Source: Lytechinus pictus | Taxonomy: Eukaryota | NCBI RefSeq assembly: GCF_037042905.1 | Contig: NC_087251.1 | Span: 38,008,001 to 38,072,000 of the forward strand | Direction: 5' to 3' | DNA: 64,000 nt | Shown here: one piece after another, positions 30,001 through 42,807 of the stretch | Numbering within the stretch: position 1 is the first letter of the stretch | Layout of the letters: every line of letters starts with the position of its first letter | Notes under the pieces: model-generated | What the model was told of the DNA's origin: nothing | What the model saw: the letters and a program-made list of their open reading frames with translations, nothing else | The model's database searches: none | Position numbers and translations under genes: made by a program

Positions 30001-33000
30001 AATTGAGCAAAATAATATTTGTTCAATATTTCCCCCGAACCCCCCCCAAATCAGCCGTCTTCGCTCCTTGGGATGTTTTAACATCCTAACCGATTATTAC
30101 AGCGAGAATCAAATGGATCCAGGGAGTTTGAATTTTCGACCCCCTCGCCCCACCCGCGAGATGGAAAATTGGGCAAAATTGGCCAAAATTGAGCAAAATA
30201 TTATTTGTTCAATATTTCCCCCCAAACCCCCCCAAATCAGCCGTCTTCACTCCCTGGGATGTTTTAGCATCCTAACCGATTATTACAGCGAGAATCAAGA
30301 GGATCCAGGGAGTTTGAATTTTCGACCCCCTCGCCCCACCCGCGACATGGAAAATTTGGCAAAATTGGCCAAAATTGAGCAAAATATTATTTGTTCAATA
30401 TTTCCCCCGAAACCCCCCCAAATCAGCCGTCGTAGTTCCCTGGGATGTTTTAGCATCCTAACCGATTATTACAGCGAGAATCAAGAGGATCCAGGGAGTT
30501 TGAATTTTCGTCCCCCTCGCGATGGAAAATTGGGCAAAATTGAGCAAAATATTAATTGTTCAATATTTCCCCCAAAACCCCCCCAAATCAGCCGTCGTAG
30601 CTCCCTGGGATGTTTTAGCATCCTAACCGATTATTACAGCGAGAATCAAGAGAATCAAGACGATCCAGGGAGTTTTAATTTTCGACCCCCTCGCCCCACC
30701 CGCGACATGGAAAATTGGGCAAAATTGGCCAAAATTGAGCAAAATAATATTTGTTCAATATTTCCCCCGAACCCCCCCCAAATCAGCCGTCTTCACTCCT
30801 TGGGATGTTTTAACATCCTAACCGATTATTACAGCGAGAATCAAATGGATCCAGGGAGTTTGAATTTTCGACCCCCTCGCCCCACCCGCGACATGGAAAA
30901 TTGGGCAAAATTGGCCAAAATTGAGCAAAATAATATTTGTTCAATATTTCCCCCCAAACCCCCCCAAATCAGCTGTCGTAGCTCCCTGGGATGTTTTAGC
31001 ATCCTAACCGATTATTACAGCGAGAATCAAATGGATCCAGGGAGTTTGAATTTTCGACCCCCTCGCCCCACCCGCGACATGGAAAATTTGGCAAAATTGG
31101 CCAAAATTGAGCAAAATAATATTTGTTCAATATTTCCCCCCAAACCCCCCCAAATCAGCCGTCTTCACTCCCTGGGATGTTTTAGCATCCTAACCGATTA
31201 TTACAGCGAGAATCAAGAGGATCCAGGGAGTTTGAATTTTCGACCCCCTCGCCCCACCCGCGACATGGAAAATTGGGCAAAATTGGCCAAAATTGAGCAA
31301 AATATTATTTGTTCAATATTTCCCCCGAAACCCCCCCAAATCAGCCGTCGTAGCTCCCTGGGATGTTTTAGCATCCTAACCGATTATTACAGCGAGAATC
31401 AAGAGGATCCAGGGAGTGTGAATTTTCGACCCCCTCGCCCCACCCGCGACATGGAAAATTGGGCAAAATTGGCCAAAATTGAGCAAAATAATATTTGTTC
31501 AATATTTCCCCCCAAACCCCCCCAAATCAGCCGTCTTCACTCCCTGGGATGTTTTAGCATCCTAACCGATTATTACAGCGAGAATCAAGAGGATCCAGGG
31601 AGTTTGAATTTTCGACCCCCTCGCCCAACCCGCGACATGGAAAATTGGGCAAAATTGGCCAAAATTGAGCAAAATATTATTTGTTCAATATTTCCCCCGA
31701 AACCCCCCCAAATCAGCCGTCGTAGCTCCCTGGGATGTTTTAGCATCCTAACCGATTATTACAGCGAGAATCAAGAGGATCCAGGGAGTTTGAATTTTCG
31801 TCCCCCTCGCGATGGAAAATTGGGCAAAATTGGCCAAAATTGAGCAAAATATTATTTGTTCAATATTTCCCCCGAAACCCCCCCAAATCAGCCGTCGTAG
31901 CTCCCTGGGATGTTTTAACATCCTAACCGATTATTACAGCGAGAATCAAGAGGATCCAGGGAGTTTGAATTTTCATCCCCCTCGCGATGGAAAATTGGGC
32001 AAAATTGGCCAAAATTGAGCAAGATAATATTTGTTCAATATTTCCCACGAAACCCCCCCAAATCAGCCGTCTTCGCTCCCTGGGATGTTTTATCATCCTA
32101 ACCGATTATTACAGCGAGAATCAAGAGAATCAAGAAGATCCAGGAAGTTTGAATTTTCGACCCCCTCGCCCCACCCGCGACATGGAAAATTGGGCAAAAT
32201 TTGCCAAAATTGAGCAAAATATTATTTGTTCAATATTTCCCCCGAAACCCCCCCAAATCAGCCGTCGTAGCTCCCTGGGATGTTTTAGCATCCTAACCGA
32301 TTATTACAGCGAGAATCAAGAGGATCCAGGGAGTTTGAATTTTCGTCCCCCTCGCGATGGAAAATTGGGCAAAATTGGCCAAAATTGAGCAAAATATTAT
32401 TTGTTCAATATTTCCCCCGAAACCCCCCCAAATCAGCCGTCGTAGCTCCCTGGGATGTTTTAGCATCCTAACCGATTATTACAGCGAGAATCAAGAGAAT
32501 CAAGACGATCCAGGGAGTTTGAATTTTCGACCCCCTCGCCCCACCCGCGACATGGAAAATTGGGCAAAATTGGCCAAAATTGAGCAAAATAATATTTGTT
32601 CAATATTTCCCCCGAACCCCCCCCAAATCAGCCGTCTTCGCTCCTTGGGATGTTTTAACATCCTAACCGATTATTACAGCGAGAATCAAATGGATCCAGG
32701 GAGTTTGAATTTTCGACCCCCTCGCCCCACCCGCGAGATGGAAAATTGGGCAAAATTGGCCAAAATTGAGCAAAATATTATTTGTTCAATATTTCCCCCC
32801 AAACCCCCCGAAATCAGCCGTCTTCACTTCCTGGGATGTTTTAGCATCCTAACCGATTATTACAGCGAGAATCAAGAGGATCCAGGGAGTTTGAATTTTC
32901 GACCCCCTCGCCCCACCCGCGACATGGAAAATTGGGCAAAATTTGCCAAAATTGAGCAAAATATTATTTGTTCAATATTTCCCCCGAAACCCCCCCAAAT

Positions 33001-36000
33001 CAGCCGTCGTAGCTCCCTGGGATGTTTTAGCATCCTAACCGATTATTACAGCGAGAATCAAGAGGATCCAGGGAGTTTGAATTTTCGTCCCCCTCGCGAT
33101 GGAAAATTGGGCAAAATTGCGCAAAATTGAGCAAAATATTATTTGTTCAATATTTCCCCCGAAACCCCCCCAAATCAGCCGTCGTAGCTCCCTGGGATGT
33201 TTTAGCATCCTAACCCATTATTACAGCGAGAATCAAGACAATCAAGACGATCCAGGGATTATGAATTTTCGACCCCCTCGCCCCACCCGCGACATGGAAA
33301 ATTGGGCAAAATTGGCCAAAATTGAGCAAAATAATATTTGTTCAATATTTCCCCCGAACCCCCCCCAAATCAGCCGTCTTCGCTCCTTGGGATGTTTTAA
33401 CATCCTAACCGATTATTACAGCGAGAATCAAATGGATCCAGGGAGTTTGAATTTTCGACCCCCTCGCCCCACCCGCGACATGGAAAATTGGGCAAAATTG
33501 GGCAAAATTGAGCAAAATAATATTTGTTCAATATTTCCCCCCAAACCCCCCCAAATCAGCCGTCTTCACTCCCTGGGATGTTTTAGCATCCTAACCGATT
33601 ATTACAGCGAGAATCAAGAGGATCCAGGGAGTTTGAATTTTCGACCCCCTCGCCCCACCCGCGACATGGAAAATTGGGCAAAATTGGCCAAAATTGAGCA
33701 AAATATTATTTGTTCAATATTTCCCCCGAAACCCCCCCAAATCAGCCGTCATAGCTCCCTGGGATGTTTTAGCATCCTAACCGATTATTACAGCGAGAAT
33801 CAAGAGGATCCAGGGAGTTTGAATTTTCGACCCCCTCGCCCCACCCGCGACATGGAAAATTGGGCAAAATTGGCCAAAATTGAGCAAAATAATATTTGTT
33901 CAATATTTCCCCCCAAACCCCCCCAAATCAGCCGTCTTCACTCCCTGGGATGTTTTAGCATCCTAACCGATTATTACAGCGAGAATCAAGAGGATCCAGG
34001 GAGTTTGAATTTTCGACCCCCTCGCCCCACCCGCGACATGGAAAATTGGGCAAAATTGGCCAAAATTGAGCAAATTATTATTTGTTCAATATTTCCCCCG
34101 AAACCCCCCCAAATCAGCCGTCGTAGCTCCCTGGGATGTTTTAGCATCCTAACCGATTATTACAGCGAGAATCAAGAGGATCCAGGGAGTTTGAATTTTC
34201 GTCCCCCTCGCGATGGAAAATTGGGCAAAATTGGCCAAAATTGAGCAAAATATTATTTGTTCAATATTTCCCCCGAAACCCCCCCAAATCAGCCGTCGTA
34301 GCTCCCTGGGATGTTTTAACATCCTAACCGATTATTACAGCGAGAATCAAGAGGATCCAGGGAGTTTGAATTTTCGTCCCCCTCGCGATGGAAAATTGGG
34401 CAAAATTGGCCAAAATTGAGCAAAATAATATTTGTTCAATATTTCCCACGAAACCCCCCCAAATCAGCCGTCTTCACTCCCTGGGATGTTTTAACATCCT
34501 AACCGATTATTACAGCGAGAATCAAGAGAATCAAGAAGATCCAGGAATTTTGAATTTTCGACCCCCTCGCCCCACCCGCGACATGGAAAATTTGGCAAAA
34601 TTTGCCAAAATTGAGCAAAATAATATTTGTTCAATATTTCCCCCGAAACCCCCCCAAATCAGCCGTCTTCGCTCCCTGAGATGTTTTAACATCCTAACCG
34701 ATTATTACAGCGAGAATCAAATGGATCCAGGGAGTTTGAATTTTGGACCCCCTCGCCCCACCCGCGACATGGAAAATTGGGCAAAATTGAGCAAAATAAT
34801 ATTTGTTCAATAATTCCCCCGAAACCCCCCCAAATCAGCCGTCTTCGCTCCCTGGGATGTTTTAGCATCCTAACCGATTACTACAGCGAGAATCATGAGG
34901 ATCCAGGGAGTTTGAATTTTCGACCCCCTCGCCCCACCCGCGACATGGAAAATTGGGCAAAATTGAGCAAAATATTATTTGTTCAATATTTCCCCCGAAA
35001 CCCCCCCAAATCAGCCGTCGTCGCTCCCTGGGATGTTTTAGCATCCTAACCGATTACTACAGCGAGAATCATGAGGATCCAGGGAGTTTGAATTTTCGAC
35101 CCCCTCGCCCCACCCGCGACATGGAAAATTTGGCAAAATTGAGCAAAATATTATTTGTTCAATATTTCCCCCGAAACCCCCCCAAATCATCCGTCTTCGC
35201 TCCCTGGGATGTTTTAGCATCCTAACCGATTATTATAGCGAGAATCAAGAGAATCAAGAGGATCCAGGGAGTTTGAATTTTCGACCCCCTCGCCCCAACG
35301 CGACATGGAAAATTGGGCAAAATTTAGCAAAATAATATTTGTTCAATATTTCCCCCGAAACCCCCCCAAATCAGCCGTCTTCGCTCCCTGGGATGTTTTA
35401 GCATCCTAACCGATTATTACAGCGAGAATCAAGAGAATCAAGACGATCCAGGGAGTTTGAATTTTCGACCCCCTCGCCCCACCCGCGACATGGAAAATTG
35501 GGCAAAATTGGCCAAAATTGAGCAAAATAATATTTGTTCAATATTTCCCCCGAAACCCCCCCAAATCAGCCGTCTTCGCTCCCTGGGATGTTTTAACATC
35601 CTAACCGATTATTACAGCGAGAATCAAATGGATCCAGGGAGTTTGAATTTTCGACCCCCTCGCCCCACCCGCGACATGGAAAATTGGGCAAAATTGGCCA
35701 AAATTGAGCAAAATAATATTTGTTCAATATTTCCCACGAAACCCCCCCAAATCAGCCGTCTTCGCTCCCTGGGATGTTTTATCATCCTAACCGATTATTA
35801 CAGCGAGAATCAAGAGAATCAAGAGGATCCAGGAAGTTTGAATTTTCGACCCCCTCGCCCCACCCGCGACATGGAAAATTGGGCAAAATTGGCCAAAATT
35901 GAGCAAAATAATATTTGTTCAATATTTCCCCCGAAACCCCCCCCAAATCAGCCGTCTTCGCTCTTTGGGATGTTTTAACATCCTAACCGATTATTACAGC

Positions 36001-37656
36001 GAGAATCAAATGGATCCAGGGAGTTTGAATTTTCGACCCCCTAGCCCCACCCGCGATATGGAAAATTGGGCAAAATTGGCCAAAATTGAGCAAAATAATA
36101 TTTGTTCAATAATTCCCCCGAAACCCCCCCAAATCAGCCGTCTTCGCTCCCTGGGATGTTTTAGCATCCTTACCGATTACTACAGCGAGAATCATGAGGA
36201 TCCAGGGAGTTTGAATATTGGACCCCCTCGCCCCACCCGTGACATGGAAAATTGGGCAAAATTGGCCAAAATTGAGCAAAATATTATTTGTTCAATATTT
36301 CCCCCGAAACCCCCCCCAAATCAGCCGTCGTAGCTCCCTGGGATGTTTTAGCATCCTAACCGATTATTACAGCGAGAATCAAGAGGATCCAGGGAGTTTG
36401 AATTTTCGTCCCCCTCGCGATGGAAAATTGGGCAAAATTGGCCAAAATTGAGCAAAATATTATTTGTTCAATATTTCCCCCGAAACCCCCCCAAATCAGC
36501 CGTCGTAGCTCCCTGGGATGTTTTAGCATCCTAACCGATTATTACAGCGAGAATCAAGAGAATCAAGAGAATCAAGACGATCCAGGGAGTTTGAATTTTC
36601 GACCCCCTCGCCACACCCGCGACATGGAAAATTGGGCAAAATTGGCCAAAATTGAGCAAAATAATATTTGTTCAATATTTCCCCCGACCCCCCCCAAATC
36701 AGCCGTCTTCGCTCCTTGGGATGTTTTAACATCCTAACCGATTATTACAGCGAGAATCAAATGGATCCAGGGAGTTTGAATATTCGACCCCCTCGCCCCA
36801 CCCGCGAGATGGAAAATTGGGCAAAATTGGCCAAAATTGAGCAAAATATTATTTGTTCAATATTTCCCCCCAAACCCCCCCAAATCAGCCGTCTTCACTC
36901 CCTGGGATGTTTTAGCATCCTAACCGATTATTACAGCGAGATTCAAGAGGATCCAGGGAGTTTGAATTTTCGACCCCCTCGCCCCACCCGCGACATGGAA
37001 AATTGGGCAAAATTGGCCAAAATTGAGCAAAATATTATTTGTTCAATATTTCCCCCGAAACCCCCCCAAATCAGCCGTCGTAGTTCCCTGGGATGTTTTA
37101 GCATCCTAACCGATTATTACAGCGAGAATCAAGAGGATCCAGGGAGTTTGAATTTTCGTCCCCCTCGCGATGGAAAATTGGGCAAAATTGGGCAAAATTG
37201 AGCAAAATATTAATTGTTCAATATTTCCCCCGAAACCCCCCCAAATCAGCCGTCGTAGCTCCCTGGGATGTTTTAGCATCCTAACCGATTATTACAGCGA
37301 GAATCAAGAGAATCAAGACGATCCAGGGAGTTTTTATTTTCGACCCCCTCGCCCCACCCGCGACATGGAAAATTGGGCAAAATTGGCCAAAATTGAGCAA
37401 AATAATATTTGTTCAATATTTCCCCCGAACCCCCCCCAAATCAGCCGTCTTCACTCCTTGGGATGTTTTAACATCCTAACCGATTATTACAGCGAGAATC
37501 AAATGGATCCAGGGAGTTTGAATTTTCGACCCCCTCGCCCCACCCGCGACATGGAAAATTGGGCAAAATTGGCCAAAATTGAGAAAAATAATTTTTGTTT
37601 AATATTGCCCCTAAAACCCCCCCAAATCAGCCGTCTTCGCTCCCTGGGATGTTTTA
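1..37656. repeat. Tandem satellite DNA array, 186-bp basic monomer (~200 copies), running off the left edge of the window
   Basis: Uninterrupted head-to-tail copies of GAGAATCAAGAGGATCCAGGGAGTTTGAATTTTCGACCCCCTCGCCCCACCCGCGACATGGAAAATTGGGCAAAATTGGCCAAAATTGAGCAAAATAATATTTGTTCAATATTTCCCCCGAAACCCCCCCAAATCAGCCGTCTTCGCTCCCTGGGATGTTTTAGCATCCTAACCGATTATTACAGC. The 62-aa periodicity in the ORF track confirms 186 bp. Most monomers carry a BamHI site. The last copy ends at ...GGGATGTTTTA (~37656). Confidence 0.99.
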
Positions 37657-38415
37657 CATGTAGGTTTTATAGGAAAGAAAATTGTAGGCCCTATAATTCT
37701 ATATACAAAACATAGGGATTTTCTTCACTTCAAATTGCCAAGTTTTTTTTCTAAAAACAACACCCCTTTAATAATTGATCTAAAAATCCTCTTTACAGTA
37801 AATAGGTAAAAGAAATAGAATACAGTATGTAAAATTCTTCATAACAGTCACCAAGAGAATTTCAATTATCATGGTTATTTTTATCCACAGATCAGAAACC
37901 AAATCCTGTAGTTACCAGTAATGGAAATGCTTTTTCTCCATAGAAAAGGCATTTGATAAGGTATTTAACCTGTAAAACAAATCAAAGTACTAAAATGTGT
38001 GCTACATCCTCAGAAGTGTATTAAACTTATCAAACAGTTAGCTTGTCTACAGGGCAGCGGCCAGCTCTCAGAGAATACATTCAAATCAGAAAACACAAAA
38101 GAGGATACATAAATCTATTTTTTGTTGACTGCCTGTTCAACTTATTGTTTTTGTTAAAAATTGGAAGAGTCTAAAATATCCATCAAAGAGGTACGTTAAT
38201 ATCTATATTAGATATTAACATACAATATAGTCATCAGTCTTATCAGACAGTGTTTGACTTAATTAATTCAGTGTGTTTTTTTTTTCTTTTATTCCCCTTC
38301 TTTCCCTTCCTGTTCAGTAGTCTCCAGTCTTCGTTAGCACAGAGGGTGACCCAGGATTTTCTGAATTATATTATCACCTTTATTACACACCAACCACTTC
38401 AGGTTTTTTTTTTAA

Positions 38416-38465
38416 CACTTCACTTCACTTCACTTCACTTCACTTCACTTTTAACACTTCACTTC
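38416..38465. repeat. (CACTT)n pentanucleotide microsatellite
   Basis: cacttcacttcactt... directly visible. Confidence 0.9.
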
Positions 38466-41400
38466 TAGGGTCTTATACTTTACATGTTATTGTAGTGCAC
38501 ATCTACCAACTGATAAATCTTGACTAGATCTAGGCCTCTACCCCTGGCAATAGAAAACAGTATTATAATATATTAGAGCTACACTACCCTATTCCATAGC
38601 TCTATCATAAACCCAGGGGGCTCCACCACCGAAGCGAAGGCAGCGGAGGCCCCATCTCCCGAAGGTCTAAGTTAGAACCTACACATGTACATGTACTGGA
38701 ATCTATTTGAATTTTAATGTCAGAGTTAAAAAGTCAGGTTTAAGATAAGACATAGAAGAGATCTAGAGTAACATTTGTGGTTCTAGTAGATCTATAATGT
38801 TAGCTTACTAATGATGTAAAGACAGTTTCAATCTTGGGCCCTAGAATAGACTAATTACAAGCGATTGCTCGTATTGCCTGAGCTAGATATCTATCCTAGA
38901 TCTCTTGTATTGCTAAACTAGATTAGGTCCCGCATTAGGTCTCGATTTTGATCTATAAAGCATGAATGGAAGGAGCCCCAGCCAGACCCAGTCCAGGGGC
39001 AGGGCTGCACCACCCCATTCCCTGGCCAGGACCAAGGTCCAAACCGGGGTAGGCCTAGACTAAAGTACTAGTAGTAATGGTAGGGCCAGCTCAGCTCATC
39101 CAAAATTTCTTAGATCAACAAGACAACAGTTAGATCTAGACTAAGTCTAAATTAGACGCTAAGTCCTAGATAGAAAACTATCTACTGTAAATCTAGACTA
39201 GGAGTTAAAAGGGGCCAAGCAAGTACTTGCTAGGGCCTGGCCCTGCATGGCCATGCCTATTTCATGCTTTTTTTTAAATCTCCGAACAGTTACATAGATA
39301 GGCTCAGCCCAACTTATTTAGGCCTGTGCTAGGCCCTAACTTCCGGCTAGGCCTAGAAATAGTCGAGGGCCTGGCTCTAACGGTCAGTGAGTGATAGAGT
39401 AAATTTTGTATAGACTCTAAAGAGAGGGTCTAACAGTTAGTCTAATCTAGACTAGGGCTAGGCCTAACGTTGGAACTTAGATCTATTACTCAATAGTATT
39501 AGAATTTTCCAGGAAGGGCAGGGGTGCTCCTACGGCCGGGCCTAACATCGTTAGGTTTAAAATCAATGAAAATGTCCTGAAGGTTAATTAAAACTTTTTT
39601 CTGTCAGTGTTGATTCCATGCATTAAGCCATTATTTGTCTGTGTCAGACGCCGGAACCTCCGGCTAGCACTGCCGGCGTTGTACGGCTAAAAGCAGCCGG
39701 GGAGCATCCGAGCAATTATTGCATAAAATTGACGGCGATAATAATTCATTTAAAAGATCTATTTATACTTTGAAACTTTGAATTCTGGTCAGAACGTGAG
39801 ATATATCTATTAAGCTACGATATATAGCAATGATCTTTGGATACATACCAAAATATGCCTCTATCCCGTCAAAATGGGAAGTCGAAGACACTTTCTCACA
39901 CGAACTTGCAGCGGCTGAATAGTGACAACTTATGCCAAGTTTATGTCAACAGGCTAGGCTCGTTCAATTCAGATCATGACTATTCAGTTTATGTAATGAT
40001 GATTAATTCGCGTCATAAGCTAAAACAATGCATATATATTTTTATGCATGGAATTTATGTCAACGGCATAAGCTATGCATTTATGTCAAGATCGAAATTT
40101 ATCTCATTATGACATACATTTTTATGCAACTGGAATCTGGGCATTCTAAATCCATTTTTTTTTACTCTGAAAGTCAATAATGCAAGCGCGAAGCGCGAGC
40201 TGAAAATATTTGATATTCCGATCTGAAAAGTGTGAATTTAAGCACTATTTCAATCACTGTGAAGTAATATTCTGAAGTGGGGAGGGGGTTCCCTACAAAA
40301 AGTCGTTCATACATTTTTGTGATACACCAGATTTCCAGGGGGTGCTGCCTATGGAAAATAACACACGCAGCACCCCCAGCACCCTCGTTTCCCAGGGCCA
40401 TAATTATTATGAATCTTACAGTGTATAGTTTTTACCATTGACAACCATGCTAAATTTATAGAGATTATTGAGAATTTAATACTAAAAATAAAACCTTAAG
40501 AATTTAGGCACTTGTTTAAACTGTTTAAACAACTACTGTAAGGTTCACAGTGCTGAATAAAAAACGGATAAAAGGTTTCTACCGTAGGCCTCTATATACA
40601 ATATACATAGATTAAAAAAAAAATCAATTAATTCCAAGTGAGGACTATATTGGAAAAATGTTATACAAAATGAATATAGATCAAGTTCGCTTTGACAAAC
40701 AGAGTTTTCGGTAGTTCATTAAAATTGATTACACTTTCAATTATTGTTTTCATAGTTTTATTAGACTCTCTTAATTTCTTATGACTCTTTCTCATGTTTA
40801 CTTCCTTTCAGTATCAGAGTGATTATTCTACCATCATTGCTCCAGACAGTACGTCGGGTTGGCTTTTCGAGGAAGTCAGGAGTCTTTTTTATTTGTTCTT
40901 GTTAGATCTTCAACTATCACTCACTCCTGTCCTTTCAATTTTCTTTTATTTGTATTTGCTACCCAGAGGCATCGATCCTGGGGGGGGGGGGGGCGATCGC
41001 CCCACCAACGAAAATATTTGGGGGCAAGCATAGCGTTTTGCCCCCCCCCCCATATACGGTAAGTACAAAAAGAAAATAAAACTATAAAGTTACATAGAAA
41101 TTGGCAAATTAACCAAATACAGTATAAAATTTGGTTTTTACATCTAAAGTACAATACAAAATTAAGATTTTCCGCGCGCTTCGCGCGGGAATTGATTCCA
41201 TCTATCATTGGAACTTTTGTTAAGGTACATTTACGCAGGATTTTCAATATATATGCATTCTTTTTTGCCAATGAATAAACAAGAAAATGGCAAACGCTTT
41301 TTTTTTATATAGGCGGATCCAGGTGAGTTATGTATACATTTAAGTTGATTAAAAAAAAAACTACTTAAAATTGTCCTTTTCATGACAATTTTATCATAAA

Positions 41401-42338
41401 TTTCGGCTCGCAATTTGCGCTCTCATTGTTAAAAAAATATATGAACCCATGCATCCTATTCACAATTTAAAAAATGCGTAAAGTGTCCAGTTTTCAGGTC
41501 CTAATATCAACAAATTTCGCGCTCTCATAAAGCTTATTAAATAAGATAATAACATATCCATAAATTCCTAATAATCACATTGTTCCTTTTTTCAGAATGT
41601 AATATCGACGAGTTCATCTCTAGTTAAGGAAGAGGAATAGGAAGGTAGTAATTATTTTCTATATAATGAAAAAATTTCCTTAAAATGTCCCGATCTTAGG
41701 TCAAAAATAATAATTAAAAAAATTCAGCTCGCGCTTCGCGCTCGCACCGTTTATTAAATGCTTACCATAACCACTTCACAATGTACCTATACAGTGCCTG
41801 AAATAATGCTTAAATTGACCCTTCTTCAGATCGGAATATCACTTCTTTTTCAGCTAGCGCTTTGCGCTCGCATCCATTGATTTTCAAAATAAAAGAAATG
41901 TATTTAGAATGCCCAGATTTTAGGTCTCAATCTAAAACACGCGCACGCATGTTTATTGAGATACATATGCAGCTTGTTCTTTATTTAAAACATGCTTGAA
42001 TTATCCACTTTCACGCTTCCATTATTAATGTAGGAAAATATTTAATTACCAATCTTTTTCATGATTTACAAAACATGAACAAGTGTCCCATTTTTAGGTC
42101 TAAATCTCATTTTTCCCTCGCGCGCTCCGCGCTTGCATCAATTGTTTAGCTATACACGGTACACCTATCCTGTTCATGATTACAAAAAGTGGCTGGAATG
42201 TCCAGTTCTTAAGTCTGGGTGACAAAATTTTTCAGCTCGCGCTACGCACTCGTAGTAATTATTTAGATATATATACGCATCTTGCTCAGGATCACAAACA
42301 TTTAATATAAACTCCTCAAAAAAAGTTTGGAAATCTGA

Positions 42339-42791
42339 CTTTGATCGATAATCCCTCCTCAGTTTTAGTAAATATCAATGTGTAATTAATATCAATGAAT
42401 AGATTATTTAATTGATACCCTACATGATATGATTATGGTTCACATGGAGGTGCAGTGTCTTGAAATGTTGGGCAATGTCAAAATTCAAAAGTTGCAAAAT
42501 GACACAATATTGAAAGTCACTTATTATTTTCCGTGGTGATGAGTGAGTTTCTCAGCGGTTTCTTTTGATTTTGATCGATAATCCCTCCTCGGTTTTAGTA
42601 AATATCAATGTGTATTTAATATCAATGAATAGATCATTTAATTATCTTTAAAATGATACCCTACATGATATGATTATGGTTCACATGGAGGTTCAGTGCC
42701 TTGAAATGTGGGGCAAGGTCAAAATTAAAAAACGTTGCAAAATGACACAATATTGAAAGTCACTCAGTGGGTTTCTCAGCGGTTTCTTTTG
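42339..42791. repeat. ~230-bp direct tandem duplication (2 copies) inside the Tc1-like element
   Basis: TTGATCGATAATCCCTCCTC at 42341 and 42571; the copies stay similar through to TTTCTCAGCGGTTTCTTTTG. Confidence 0.9.
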
Positions 42792-42807
42792 TTTTCATGC
42801 ACCTTAA

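Noticed and set aside
1..37656. CRISPR array or rDNA/5S/snRNA/histone tandem cluster
   Set aside because: No unique spacers or cas genes and a eukaryotic context; I could not recognise any structural RNA or Pol III box in the monomer (a Rfam search would be decisive).
47..37715. Dozens of 60-687-aa ORFs on both strands as protein-coding genes
   Set aside because: All are translations of the satellite monomer; frequent -10/-11/+5/+1 frameshifting alleles, no splice structure and no recognisable domain.
38594..38665. GC-rich stem GGGGCTCC...GGAGGCCCC as a small ncRNA
   Set aside because: Short imperfect stem with no recognisable family features or promoter elements.
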